Source of the DNA: Cyanophora paradoxa CCMP329
Taxonomy: Eukaryota > Plantae > Glaucophyta
Assembly (NCBI GenBank): GCA_004431415.1
Contig: QPMI01000285.1
Coordinates: 1-55,004, forward strand
Direction of reading: 5' to 3'
DNA length: 55,004 nt
The notes under the pieces are model-generated. The model worked only from the letters and a program-made list of their open reading frames with translations. It had not been told where the DNA came from and ran no database searches. This document shows positions 11,048-20,644 of this stretch, piece after piece; within the stretch, counting starts at the first letter, position 1, and the number at the start of each line of letters is the position of its first letter. The translations under genes and the position numbers were made by a program.

Positions 11048-13636
11048 ATGAACAAATCGAGAAATTCGCCACCCCTGTTGAAAATGCTACATTCCTTAGT
11101 ACTCTCATTGGTGATCGCAACAAGGTCACCCATGTATTTGATTCTGCCGAAGATGCCCTTGAAGCCATTGATAATAGCAAGGTTAAGACCTGGGCTGAAT
11201 GCATTCAACCTGAGCAAGTGACCAGAGTTTACCTGGACCTGGATAAATTCGCTGATTTGAAGGAGAACATTGCTGATAACTATGCTGAGGCGGAAACTGT
11301 TGTAAGAGAGATGAGAGATAAGCTATGGAAGCGATCTGGTACCACTTCTATTAACGATATTGCTGTTGCAGTTCGCCATAGAAGGGTTTATTTGATTAAG
11401 GAGGATGTCACCAAGTTCAAGATTTCAGCCCACTTTATTATTAAATCGCTTGCATGCAAACATGAAGATATCCCCAAGCTTTTCAAAGCGATGGATTGGT
11501 GAAAAATGAGGATTATGACAGTGGAGTTTACAGCTCCACACAGAACCTAATCTGCCTCAATTGCTGCAAAGGTGAGACTCTGGATGCTCAAAATAAGTCG
11601 AAAAAAGATGTTGATAAAAACGTTTGCTTTAAGAAATTCGTTGACTGTGACAAAGTGTTAATGCGAAATGAGGACTTCTTTGTATCTTACTTCTCAGCTA
11701 CTACTAAACTTGTGGATGAATCAAATATTTCTGCATTTGCAAATTATACTCCTGAGCCAAAACCAGTTAAAAAGGAGCCAAAAAGTGATAAAGTGAAGAC
11801 TGAGAAGGTAGAAGCTGAAAAAGACACTGAACCCGAAAATCCTGTTACTTTCGAACTGCTACAAAGTGTTATAATGGGTCTGAATGGTGAGAGAGCTAAT
11901 GAGTATAAAACTTGGATTGATGTAGGACTGGTCATCATCAATGTTGGGGACGACAACAAATTTACCCCTAAAATGCAGGCTGAACTCTTCCACCAATTCT
12001 CAGAACAGAGTGACAAGTATGATTATGATGAATGCCAGGAGAAGTTTACACAGCTTCGCAGAAGCAAGAAGAAGGCTGAGCCTGGCAAAGTGTTGACCTT
12101 CAAATCCTTGGTTTATTGGTTGAGCAAAGATAACAATGAGCTTTTCAAGGAACTCTTCCCCAAAAAGTATGCATTCCTACCAGAGGACACAGATGAAATC
12201 GATTACAAGACTGCAAGTATCCCTCCTTTGGCTGAACATTACAATGTGCATAAGAGGTATTTCAATGCTCGAATGCATCATGTTGAAAATGTTGGTTGTG
12301 TGATGCTCTGGGATGAACAACTACTTTGCTGGATGCCCAAAGATATTGGGAAGCTCTCTACAAAGCATTTCCCCCATTTGATGCATAAGGTGATTGTCAA
12401 TGAGGGAACAGATAATGAGAAAGAGAAATGGAGCAATCATTTAGGAAATGGATTGTGGATCCAACAGCCACAAGATCAACTTACATGGATTTCCTTCCCC
12501 TCCTGCTACTCTCAGTGCAAAATGCAAGTCTGTATTTAATCTCTATCCAGGAATGAAGGTCGACCATCAGCAATTCGAAAATGCTCCAGAGGATGTAACT
12601 GCTGAGATGATTAAGCCTTTCCTTGATCACTTGTTCTTAATGTCTGGTGAGGATCAAAATACCTATGAATATCTGTTGAAATGGTTTGCCCACATGCTGC
12701 AAAAGCCTGGGGAACTCAATGGAGTATCCTTAATCTTCATTGGTGAACAGGGAACTGGTAAGAATGTGTTGGTTGATACTTTCCAAAAGAAGATACTTGG
12801 AGATGCCCTGAGTTATGCAACTGGTAAGCCAAAAGAGGATCTGTTTGGTCGATTTGCCCATAACAGAGAGGATAAGATCCTGATTGTTGTCAATGAAGCC
12901 TCAGGCAAGGACACATTCGAAAATAATGATATGCTCAAAGATCTCATAACTTCTGATAAGATTGTAATTGAACACAAAGGATAGATTCATACACAAAAAG
13001 CAACTTTGCCAGGATTATATTCACCAGCAATAACAACATTCCAGTAAAAATTGAAGCTGGAGATAGGCGATTTGTGGTTGTTGAAGTTAGTAAGAAATTC
13101 GCAAAGGATAGGTCATACTTCCTTCCACTTGTAAAATGGCTAAATGATCACTGCAATATTCGAAACATTGCCCACTATTTGAGAACCAAAGTTGACTGTG
13201 AGGATGTGAACTGGATTGCTGATAGACCCCTTACAAATAAATACTATTTAGCCCAGCAGGTATGCGCCCAATCATTCTTATGTTCACTAAGTGGCTTGTG
13301 GATCGAGGCTTAATTTCCGAGAATAAATGCAAGTCTGGTAGCCTTGTGGAAACCTGGAAATGGTTCCAGGAGTTTATTACCAGCAACAAATATAAAAACG
13401 ATTATAATAGTCGCAGATATTATACAGAAATGCGAAGTGTTACATATATCCAAGTGAAAACTACAAATGGCAAACAATACTATCATTTCTTGTTCCCACA
13501 AGTATTTGAGGAATTCAGAAAGATGAAGCTTGTAGATGATGAGACCATTGAGGAAGAAGCTAATCCAAGGATGAAACAAGAACTACCTGCTGCTGATCCT
13601 GATGCATCAGATTATGACTCTGATGTTGAAGTTTAG
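11048..13636 (+). CDS. AEP primase-PriCT-2-SF3 (D5-like) helicase, frameshifted; start approximate
   Basis: AEP motifs RVYLDLD, KISAH, DSGVY; PriCT-2-like YKTWIDVG..FSEQSDKY..LVYW; Walker A GEQGTGKN, Walker B IVVNE, motif C FTSN, DRRF. Confidence 0.88.
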
Positions 13637-13645
13637 GTTTACTCA

Positions 13646-13828
13646 AAAGTGGACTCACAGTTGACTCAAATTTATCATAAAAGACCCAAACAGTCTTTTA
13701 TTTATGGTTTATTTATCGATTAGGTTGACTAAGTGGGGGGAGTTGACTCATTTTTTCACAGATTCTAAAAGAGGACTCTGCCCTAAAAAGAAATAAAAAG
13801 TGCCTCAACTCCACCCACTAAGTCAACC
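13646..13828. repeat. Iteron-like GTTGACT/GTGGACT array with inverted pair (candidate origin)
   Basis: AAAGTGGACTCAcaGTTGACTCA (13646), GGTTGACTAAGTGGGGGGAGTTGACTCA (13723-13750), inverted TCAACTCCACCCACTAAGTCAACC (13805-13828). Same layout at 19857-20046. Confidence 0.75.
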
Positions 13829-13879
13829 AAAAAATGATTTAAGAGATAGAAAAATATATTTATATGTAACTAGTAAGAA

Positions 13880-14230
13880 ATGGCTGGAACAGATCATGAT
13901 TCTGGATCGATCTATATGATTGAGAGTCAGGAAATGAACAAAGTCTACATAGGAAGAACCTCACAGCCACTTCAAAAAAGATGGAGACAACACAAATCAG
14001 GTCAAATGCCATCTACAGCAGACCTATGCAAGGCTTCTGATGTGAAGTTCTCAGTCCTGTATTCAAGTAAGAAGGGTGGGCATGAAGACCTAATGAACAG
14101 AGAAGCATATTACATGTATCTCTTTGAACCTTGGATAGTCAATTTACAAAAACCGAAATCCCGATTTAGGATTAATAGGTTTTTGCGATTCCATTCAGAG
14201 GAAGCCAGTGGATCCATTAAAACATTTTAA
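13880..14230 (+). CDS. GIY-YIG endonuclease
   Basis: GSIYMI..VYIGRT..KRWRQH..RE..N motif order. Confidence 0.9.
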   Translation: MAGTDHDSGSIYMIESQEMNKVYIGRTSQPLQKRWRQHKSGQMPSTADLCKASDVKFSVLYSSKKGGHEDLMNREAYYMYLFEPWIVNLQKPKSRFRINRFLRFHSEEASGSIKTF

Positions 14231-14289
14231 ATTGCGTTTAGAACATCCTAAAATAAAATATCCCTTAGAATAGGAACAAGTTAGGAATA

Positions 14290-17200
14290 ATGCCCCGAAT
14301 TACCAACAAACTCATAAGGGAGAAGAAATGGGAACTCATGGGATTGCTGGGAACACTTTATGCAGCCCATGAAATTACAGAGGCTGAATATGACCGGGAA
14401 ATAGATTTAATTGCAAAGGGCAGACCCACTTTAAGCAGATTAACCAGAAAAGCAAATAACCTATATGATAAAATTGAAACCTTGGATGAATTGGATAGGC
14501 TTAGGCAAATAGAACCAGAGGCAGAAGATGGAACAGCCATGAATGAATTATATCGCTGGCTCACTTACAGAGCCAGAAGGGAAGTTGTTGTAGATGTGAT
14601 TGAATTCCTGGACAGAATTGCTACATCCCTTCCAAATCGATTAAAGCAGGGGTTAGATCAATTCAGGGCAATCAAGGTTCGCTTGTCTTTTATCTGCAAG
14701 TTCGTTAAAGTGAGCAATCCACAGGTTTGGATATCGAAATACATTTACAGTGATTACTTTGTATTAACCAGGTCGAGAAATATTCGAACTGAGCTGAATA
14801 AAGCAGCCCAAATGTGTCAGGAGCAGATGAATGTGGTTGATAGCTATCGCTTAGAAAGAATTGAAATACTCAGAGTGGCTATTATGAGTTATGCTCCAAC
14901 TGGTGGATGCTTTCTACAAACCCCAGAGTGGATTGCTAGGAAGAGAGCCACAGTAAATATTCGAAATATTGATGATTCCTGCTTCGAAAATGCAATTTTG
15001 GCATATATTCACAGAAAAGCGATAAACTCCCATAAGAGGAATGAGCTTTCACAATATCGCAAATGGAAATACTCAGCAATCGCTTATAATCCGCTGGCTC
15101 TCAATTTCGATAACATCCCATTCCCTGTTGCCTGTGATGCTGATATTATTGATAAATTCGAGGCTCAAAATGCAGGCATTAGCATTAATATATTTGGAAT
15201 CGATGGAGAGGTTATTTATCCCCTGCATCAATCAAGTAACCCAGGCAGAAAGCATAAGGTTAATCTCATGCTGATATTTGATGATGAAGGGAATGGTCAC
15301 TATATTACAATCATGTCCCTTTCAAGGCTATTGAAAGTAAACCATGAAACATACAATGATCAGAAGTTACACTACTGTGACACATGCTTATCTCGATTCA
15401 GGTCTGAGGCTAAACTCACTGCTCATGTGGACTCAAACAGATGCATTGATTGGAGACTCTCAAAGGGAATCACACCAAAACCTGAGACCACCATAGAGTT
15501 TGGACTGAAAAACCTCAGGAAAACTGTTTGGCTTCCTGTTGTGGTTTACTGCAAGATTGAACATAGAAGCATCCCCATAGATGCATCGAAATCCAAGAGG
15601 GAAGTCTCAGCAGTCAACATTAGAATAGTCACTGGGGCAGATGTTCAAGATTTTCGATTTGAGGGTCAGGATCCAATGGGAGGTCTGTTTGAATGCTTGG
15701 AATCCAAAGCAAGAGAGCTAATTGACTTCCTGTTTACCAATATTCCCATGAATGAACTCACAGATGAGCAAAAGGCTGTTTACAGGGCTACTAAACACTG
15801 TTACCTTTGCAGTGAGAGGTTCACCAAGGAGAACTTCAAATGCAGGGATCATGATCACCACACAGGTCATTATATTGCTCCTGCATGCAGAACCTGCAAT
15901 CTACATAGGAGAATCTCAAAGCAAACAAAAGTAGCAGTGGTTGTTGACCAAATGGATGACTGTGGGACATTCATTTTCAGAAAAATAGCAGGCATGGGTG
16001 ATAAAAAGCGAATCGAAATCCTTTCGAAAAACTTTGATCAATACCTTTCATTGCAATGGGGTCTTTACAAGTTCATTGATGCAAGTAATTTCATGGATTT
16101 TGGAGCTGCTGATGTAGATGAGTTAATGAACAAATTCCAAGCCTTCAGAAGGCTTTCACACTCAGTATATGGACTTGACCCAGTTCATTATGTATCTGCA
16201 CCTGGGTTATCTTGGGATGCTATGCTTAGGACCACCAAGGCAAAAATAGAGCTTATAAGTGATGTAGAGCAATACGAATTTGTTGAGAGGGGAATCAGGG
16301 GTGGCTTTGCAACAATGCCTTGTAGGTATGCTGAGGCTGATGGTGAGAACTCCCATATAATGCTGTTTGATGCTAACAACTTGTATGGCTACTGTTTGAG
16401 TCAGCCAATTCCAGTTGGTGATTTTAGATGGGAGACCGAATTCAACCCACAAGATAACAGATCCAGTTTCCTGGAAGTTGATCTGGATTACCCAATTAGG
16501 CTATATCTAGACCACAGTGATTTCCCCCTAATTATTAACAAGAAAATAGTAGAGTATGCAGAATTATCACAATATCAAAAGAGCCTATTAGATATTTCAG
16601 GAGAAGAGCTTGATAAAACCCCTAAGCTAACTGCAACCTTTGGTTCTGTGACAAACTATGTGATTTCTGAGCCTCTTCTGCAATATCTGTTGGACAAAGG
16701 GGTGAAATTAAAGAAAGTTCACAGGGTCCTATCATTTACTGTGGCTCCTGTAATGAAACCCTATATTGAGCTGAATACTGACATGAGAAGGAAAGCAGTG
16801 AATAAATTCGAGGCTGATTTCTACAAGCTCATGAATAATTCAATCTATGGGAAATGCATTGAATCTTGCAGAGGTAGATCTGTGGTTAAGATTGCAAACA
16901 GTGAGAAACTATTTATGAAATATGCAGCCTCCCCATTGGTGAAATCAACAAGCCCCATAAACGAAAAAGCAGTTGCCTTTGAGTTTTACACAAAGCATGT
17001 GAAACTAGATAAGCCTGTTGCAATTGGGGCTTATGTTTTGGATGCAGCCAAACTGCATAATTACCAGTTCTTCTATGATACTGTAAGGTCCCAATGGACA
17101 AAAGCAAAGTTACTATTCCATGATACTGACTCCTTCTGTCTATATATTGAATCTAAGACCATTGCAAAAGATATAGAGAATATATCTTATGCATTAGACC

Positions 17201-17535
17201 TTGGAGGTGATTCCAGAATGACCCCAGGTAAATACAAAAATGAAATGCCAGGTTCTGCAATCCTGGAGTATGTAGGTCTGAGAGCCAAGGTTTACAGTTT
17301 CAGAACAGCTGAGATTGAGAGAAGTAAGCTCTCTGGGACTTCCACTGAGGAACTCCAATTTAATGATTTTAAGCAGTGTTTATTTGCAGGTATAAGCAAG
17401 ACTGTGACTGCCAAGCAAAAGAGAAGGGCAGATCACACAATAGTAGACACTGTGAGTAGAAGGGTTGCCCTGAACTGCTTTGATGCAAAGAGATACATCT
17501 TACCAGATGGTATTAATTCTGTTCCTTTTAATTAA
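14290..17535 (+). CDS. Protein-primed family B DNA polymerase (Polinton type) with degenerate exonuclease
   Basis: Pol motifs FDANNLYG, KLMNNSIYGK, HDTDS, GLRAKVY; vOTU-like DDSCF..GHY; endonuclease-VII-like Zn finger CYLC..RDHDHHTG..CRTCN. Confidence 0.95.
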   Translation: MPRITNKLIREKKWELMGLLGTLYAAHEITEAEYDREIDLIAKGRPTLSRLTRKANNLYDKIETLDELDRLRQIEPEAEDGTAMNELYRWLTYRARREVVVDVIEFLDRIATSLPNRLKQGLDQFRAIKVRLSFICKFVKVSNPQVWISKYIYSDYFVLTRSRNIRTELNKAAQMCQEQMNVVDSYRLERIEILRVAIMSYAPTGGCFLQTPEWIARKRATVNIRNIDDSCFENAILAYIHRKAINSHKRNELSQYRKWKYSAIAYNPLALNFDNIPFPVACDADIIDKFEAQNAGISINIFGIDGEVIYPLHQSSNPGRKHKVNLMLIFDDEGNGHYITIMSLSRLLKVNHETYNDQKLHYCDTCLSRFRSEAKLTAHVDSNRCIDWRLSKGITPKPETTIEFGLKNLRKTVWLPVVVYCKIEHRSIPIDASKSKREVSAVNIRIVTGADVQDFRFEGQDPMGGLFECLESKARELIDFLFTNIPMNELTDEQKAVYRATKHCYLCSERFTKENFKCRDHDHHTGHYIAPACRTCNLHRRISKQTKVAVVVDQMDDCGTFIFRKIAGMGDKKRIEILSKNFDQYLSLQWGLYKFIDASNFMDFGAADVDELMNKFQAFRRLSHSVYGLDPVHYVSAPGLSWDAMLRTTKAKIELISDVEQYEFVERGIRGGFATMPCRYAEADGENSHIMLFDANNLYGYCLSQPIPVGDFRWETEFNPQDNRSSFLEVDLDYPIRLYLDHSDFPLIINKKIVEYAELSQYQKSLLDISGEELDKTPKLTATFGSVTNYVISEPLLQYLLDKGVKLKKVHRVLSFTVAPVMKPYIELNTDMRRKAVNKFEADFYKLMNNSIYGKCIESCRGRSVVKIANSEKLFMKYAASPLVKSTSPINEKAVAFEFYTKHVKLDKPVAIGAYVLDAAKLHNYQFFYDTVRSQWTKAKLLFHDTDSFCLYIESKTIAKDIENISYALDLGGDSRMTPGKYKNEMPGSAILEYVGLRAKVYSFRTAEIERSKLSGTSTEELQFNDFKQCLFAGISKTVTAKQKRRADHTIVDTVSRRVALNCFDAKRYILPDGINSVPFN

Positions 17536-17538
17536 GAG

Positions 17539-18924
17539 ATGCCAGCAACTGGAAGAATAGTTAGGAGAACCACTGACCAACTGCAAGGGAACCTACTGCC
17601 CATCACAATTCCAAAGGAGGAAAAGGGGGAATCTCGAATTGTTAAAAAGTCTGAAATGAAAGAGCTTGTCCCAGTAGAGATCCCAGTTGCTATTGCAGTG
17701 AAAGAAACCAGCAAGATTGCCAAGAGATTCTATGATGTGAGAACTGGTTACAAAGGGCTTCAAGCTATGAGGGCTGAGTTACCAGATGAATCCTATAAGC
17801 AGTTGCAAGAGTTCTATAAAAAACAAGAGGTAGTTCAGATCAATGCACCTGCTATATCTAGAAAGAGAGATCCCATGGTCCCAATCAGGCAACCCCTTGA
17901 TACCTATGTGATTGATTTGCTCTTTTTCCCAGCTTATAAGAAACAAAACAATGGCTATGACACCTTCATGACTGCAATGGAATCCACACTGAGAACTGGG
18001 TATATTATACCTATAAGGGATAAATCAGCTCTCACTACATTGGCTGCATTTAAACAGCTTGAAATGAGAGTGGCAAGACCAATAGTAAAGGTTCAATCAG
18101 ATGCTGGGAGTGAATTCCAAAATCGAATATTCCAGGAGTATTTATCTGGTAAATACATAGAACACCAAGTGAGTGGAACTGCTGACCACAGAAGCCAAGG
18201 TAGAATTGAAGCCTTTAACAAACAGATTAAGAGACTGATCACAAACTACTGCATAGCCAATAACACAGCTAGATTCTTTGATGTGTTAGGTGATATTGAG
18301 TATAATTACAATAATACAGTCCACTCAGCTACTAAGATGAAGCCAGGCGAAACTACAGAGAAGCATTATAGGTATATAGTGGGATTAGAAGATGAAAGAT
18401 TCAAGAAATCAATAGCTTACCTTGATACCATGCAGCCTGGCATGTTTGTGAGAGTGAAAGTTGAGAAAAACCCCTTTGCTAAACAGGGTAACAATTGGTC
18501 TAGGATGGTTTACACTGTTGATAGTAGGGAAGGCTTTAAGTTTAAGCTAAGGAGTCCCACTGGTGAGATCATAGATAACAGGTTTGCTTTCCATGAGCTG
18601 TTGCCTGTGAATGCAGTTGAGTACCTGGAAACCCCTACAGTTGATGCCTTGGAGCAAGCTAAAGAGGAAGCCAGGGTTGATGCTGCTATAAGGAGAGAAG
18701 GCATAGAGGCTGCTAATGAGGTCCCAGATAAGCCTTTGATAGAGGCTAGGAAGGAGAAGGCTGGGAAAGTTAGCAGGGAACTCAAAAAGCTCACCATAGC
18801 AGGCACACAGAAACTTTCAGAAGTGAATAGCCAGAGGTGGTATAATGACTTTCAGACTACTAAGGAGTCATATACAGCCCCTAAACCTCAAAGAACACTA
18901 AGAGAAAGGACCAAAACTAGCTAG
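17539..18924 (+). CDS. Retroviral-like (rve, DDE) integrase of Polinton type
   Basis: YVID, QSDAGSEF, GRIEAFN, YNNTVHSATKMKP, NWS..VYTV; no C-terminal chromodomain recognised. Confidence 0.95.
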   Translation: MPATGRIVRRTTDQLQGNLLPITIPKEEKGESRIVKKSEMKELVPVEIPVAIAVKETSKIAKRFYDVRTGYKGLQAMRAELPDESYKQLQEFYKKQEVVQINAPAISRKRDPMVPIRQPLDTYVIDLLFFPAYKKQNNGYDTFMTAMESTLRTGYIIPIRDKSALTTLAAFKQLEMRVARPIVKVQSDAGSEFQNRIFQEYLSGKYIEHQVSGTADHRSQGRIEAFNKQIKRLITNYCIANNTARFFDVLGDIEYNYNNTVHSATKMKPGETTEKHYRYIVGLEDERFKKSIAYLDTMQPGMFVRVKVEKNPFAKQGNNWSRMVYTVDSREGFKFKLRSPTGEIIDNRFAFHELLPVNAVEYLETPTVDALEQAKEEARVDAAIRREGIEAANEVPDKPLIEARKEKAGKVSRELKKLTIAGTQKLSEVNSQRWYNDFQTTKESYTAPKPQRTLRERTKTS

Positions 18925-19152
18925 TTTGCTAGGCGAAAACTCGTTTTTTCCAAATATATGTATGTGTCATATACATAAATGCCCACGATATACACATAGT
19001 CTTGTAGAGCTTATCAAGCGCTTCACAGCGATATGCAGAACGTTGCGTTTTGATGATCTGGTGATGAGATATAACAGTTTGAAGATGCAAAAGTCACTTG
19101 CCATAGTAGACTTGGTGAAACACTAGCCCAGGAGTCGACTTGGTGGTAAGCC

Positions 19153-19223
19153 GTTTTTGGCTCAGAGAATAGAGCGCTTGATTTCTGACTCAAAACTACG
19201 CGGTTCAAATCCGCTCGGGAACC
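19153..19223 (+). ncRNA. tRNA-like element (degenerate; anticodon TCT or CTG)
   Basis: D-stem GCTC/GAGC (19160-63/19172-75); anticodon stem TTGA/TCAA around TTTCTGAC; T-arm GCGG-TTCAAAT-CCGC (19200-19214) with perfect B-box; acceptor GTTTTTG/CGGGAAC with three G-U pairs. Confidence 0.6.
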
Positions 19224-19822
19224 TTTACTTCGTTCGCCGTGAAACTTGAAAAGTAAAAAAAAAGCGGTTTTTTCTAGATTAATGCTGTACCCGTCTAGAA
19301 AATCAATATTAACGTTTGCTACGATATCTCAACACCAACTTATCAAATCGATGCGCTTAAAACGTCATAAAATCGAGCATTTCAAGGCGGTCACAGCGCT
19401 TATGAGCCATCTCGGAATTTCACTAACTGTAACTCCAAATCGCGATGAAACCGATTTTGAATTTCGATTTTAAATTCGATTAAAATCCATTAAACGTGAG
19501 TTTTTAATATAGATCACTAGGAAGTTATCAAATCGATGCACTGACGGTCGAATATAATCCCATATATCATACATAACAATAACTTGCAATCACATATACG
19601 AATCTCAATGTGTATAGATCGCTATTACGATTAAAGCGAGTTTTGAAATTCAAAATTAATTCGATTAAATTCGATTATAACTCAAAAATCGCGATTTATA
19701 ACCATATACTTATCGTTTCGATCAACTTATGATATCGAATATTCAACTATATTATATTGCTTCGATAACTGTGATCCCATCTATGATCCCATCAATCTAA
19801 CACTGCATTTAGTAAGCATCTG

Positions 19823-19978
19823 CCCTAGATTCCCCCTATTATATAATATTTATATTAAAGTGGACTCAAGGTTGACTCATATTAATCGTAAAAGTAGTAA
19901 TAGTATATGGATTTTGTTACGAATTCAATGCAAGGGTTGACTAAGTGGGTTGAGTTGACTCAAATTTCACAGGAAATA
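19823..19978. repeat. 156-bp sub-terminal block, exact inverted copy of 44306-44461
   Basis: Base-by-base reverse-complement match; contains GTTGACT iterons. Confidence 0.95.
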
Positions 19979-20571
19979 TTTGGGACCTAAAGTTTTCTAA
20001 AAAGGATTTGAAAAAATGTGTCAACTCCCCCCACTTAGTCAACCCTGACCATAAACAGTAAGGATTTGAGCTAACATGTATCACAAAGTGAACATTTTGA
20101 GTCCACTTAGAAGATCCACTTTTGAAATCAAAGTTGATTTTGCTTGAAATTTCAAAGTTGATCTAAAAGTGAGTCCACCCTGATTGATTATGGTAACAAA
20201 GTTGACTAAGTTGACTAAGTTGAGTCATCTTAAGAAATTCAAGGAGACTAAGAGTTCAAAATGTTTATGAAAAGTGAGTCAACTTAGACCACTTATGGTA
20301 ACAAACTTAAATATTTAATTGATTTAATCGGAAAAGAACATGATTTAATCGAATTTATTGATATAATTCCGATTAGATTCATTTAGGATTCAATTAAGAT
20401 CAATCGAAGTTATAGATATAATTCCGATTAACTACAATTAAGATACAATATCGATTAATCGAGTTTATCGATATAAAATCGATTAAATTAATTGAAAATG
20501 CATTTAAAAATATGAAAATTCATGTGAAAATTCAAATAAATTAATCGATTTTATTGATATAACATCGAATC

Positions 20572-20644
20572 ACACATATGAATATTCATATTTTAATCCT
20601 GAGGCGGAACGCCGAGGGATTAAAATATGAATATTCATATGTGT
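20572..20644. repeat. Terminal fold-back of copy A: perfect 28-bp arms, 17-nt loop
   Basis: ACACATATGAATATTCATATTTTAATCC (20572-20599) / GGATTAAAATATGAATATTCATATGTGT (20617-20644). Confidence 0.97.

Larger units (their letters stand above)
1..20644 (+). mobile_element. Endogenous Polinton-like virus, copy A (left part outside window; right end at 20644)
   Basis: AT-rich intronless block with MCP, 2 pentons, A32 ATPase, primase-helicase, pPolB and rve integrase. Ends in ...ATATGTGT at 20644 with an abrupt switch to GC-rich DNA. ~1272-4780 is near-identical to ~51533-55004. Confidence 0.93.

Noticed and set aside
19182-19189. 8-nt anticodon loop as a frameshift-suppressor tRNA explaining the broken viral ORFs
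   Set aside because: Indels go in both directions, differ between copies and also hit host genes; error is simpler, and the extra base may itself be an error.
18926-19473. Short ORFs downstream of the integrase
   Set aside because: Non-ATG starts, no motifs, CpG content unlike viral genes.
20570-20644. C-terminal tails of ORFs 20570-22540 and 41628-43430 as real protein ends
   Set aside because: Both are read-through into viral termini after insertion.
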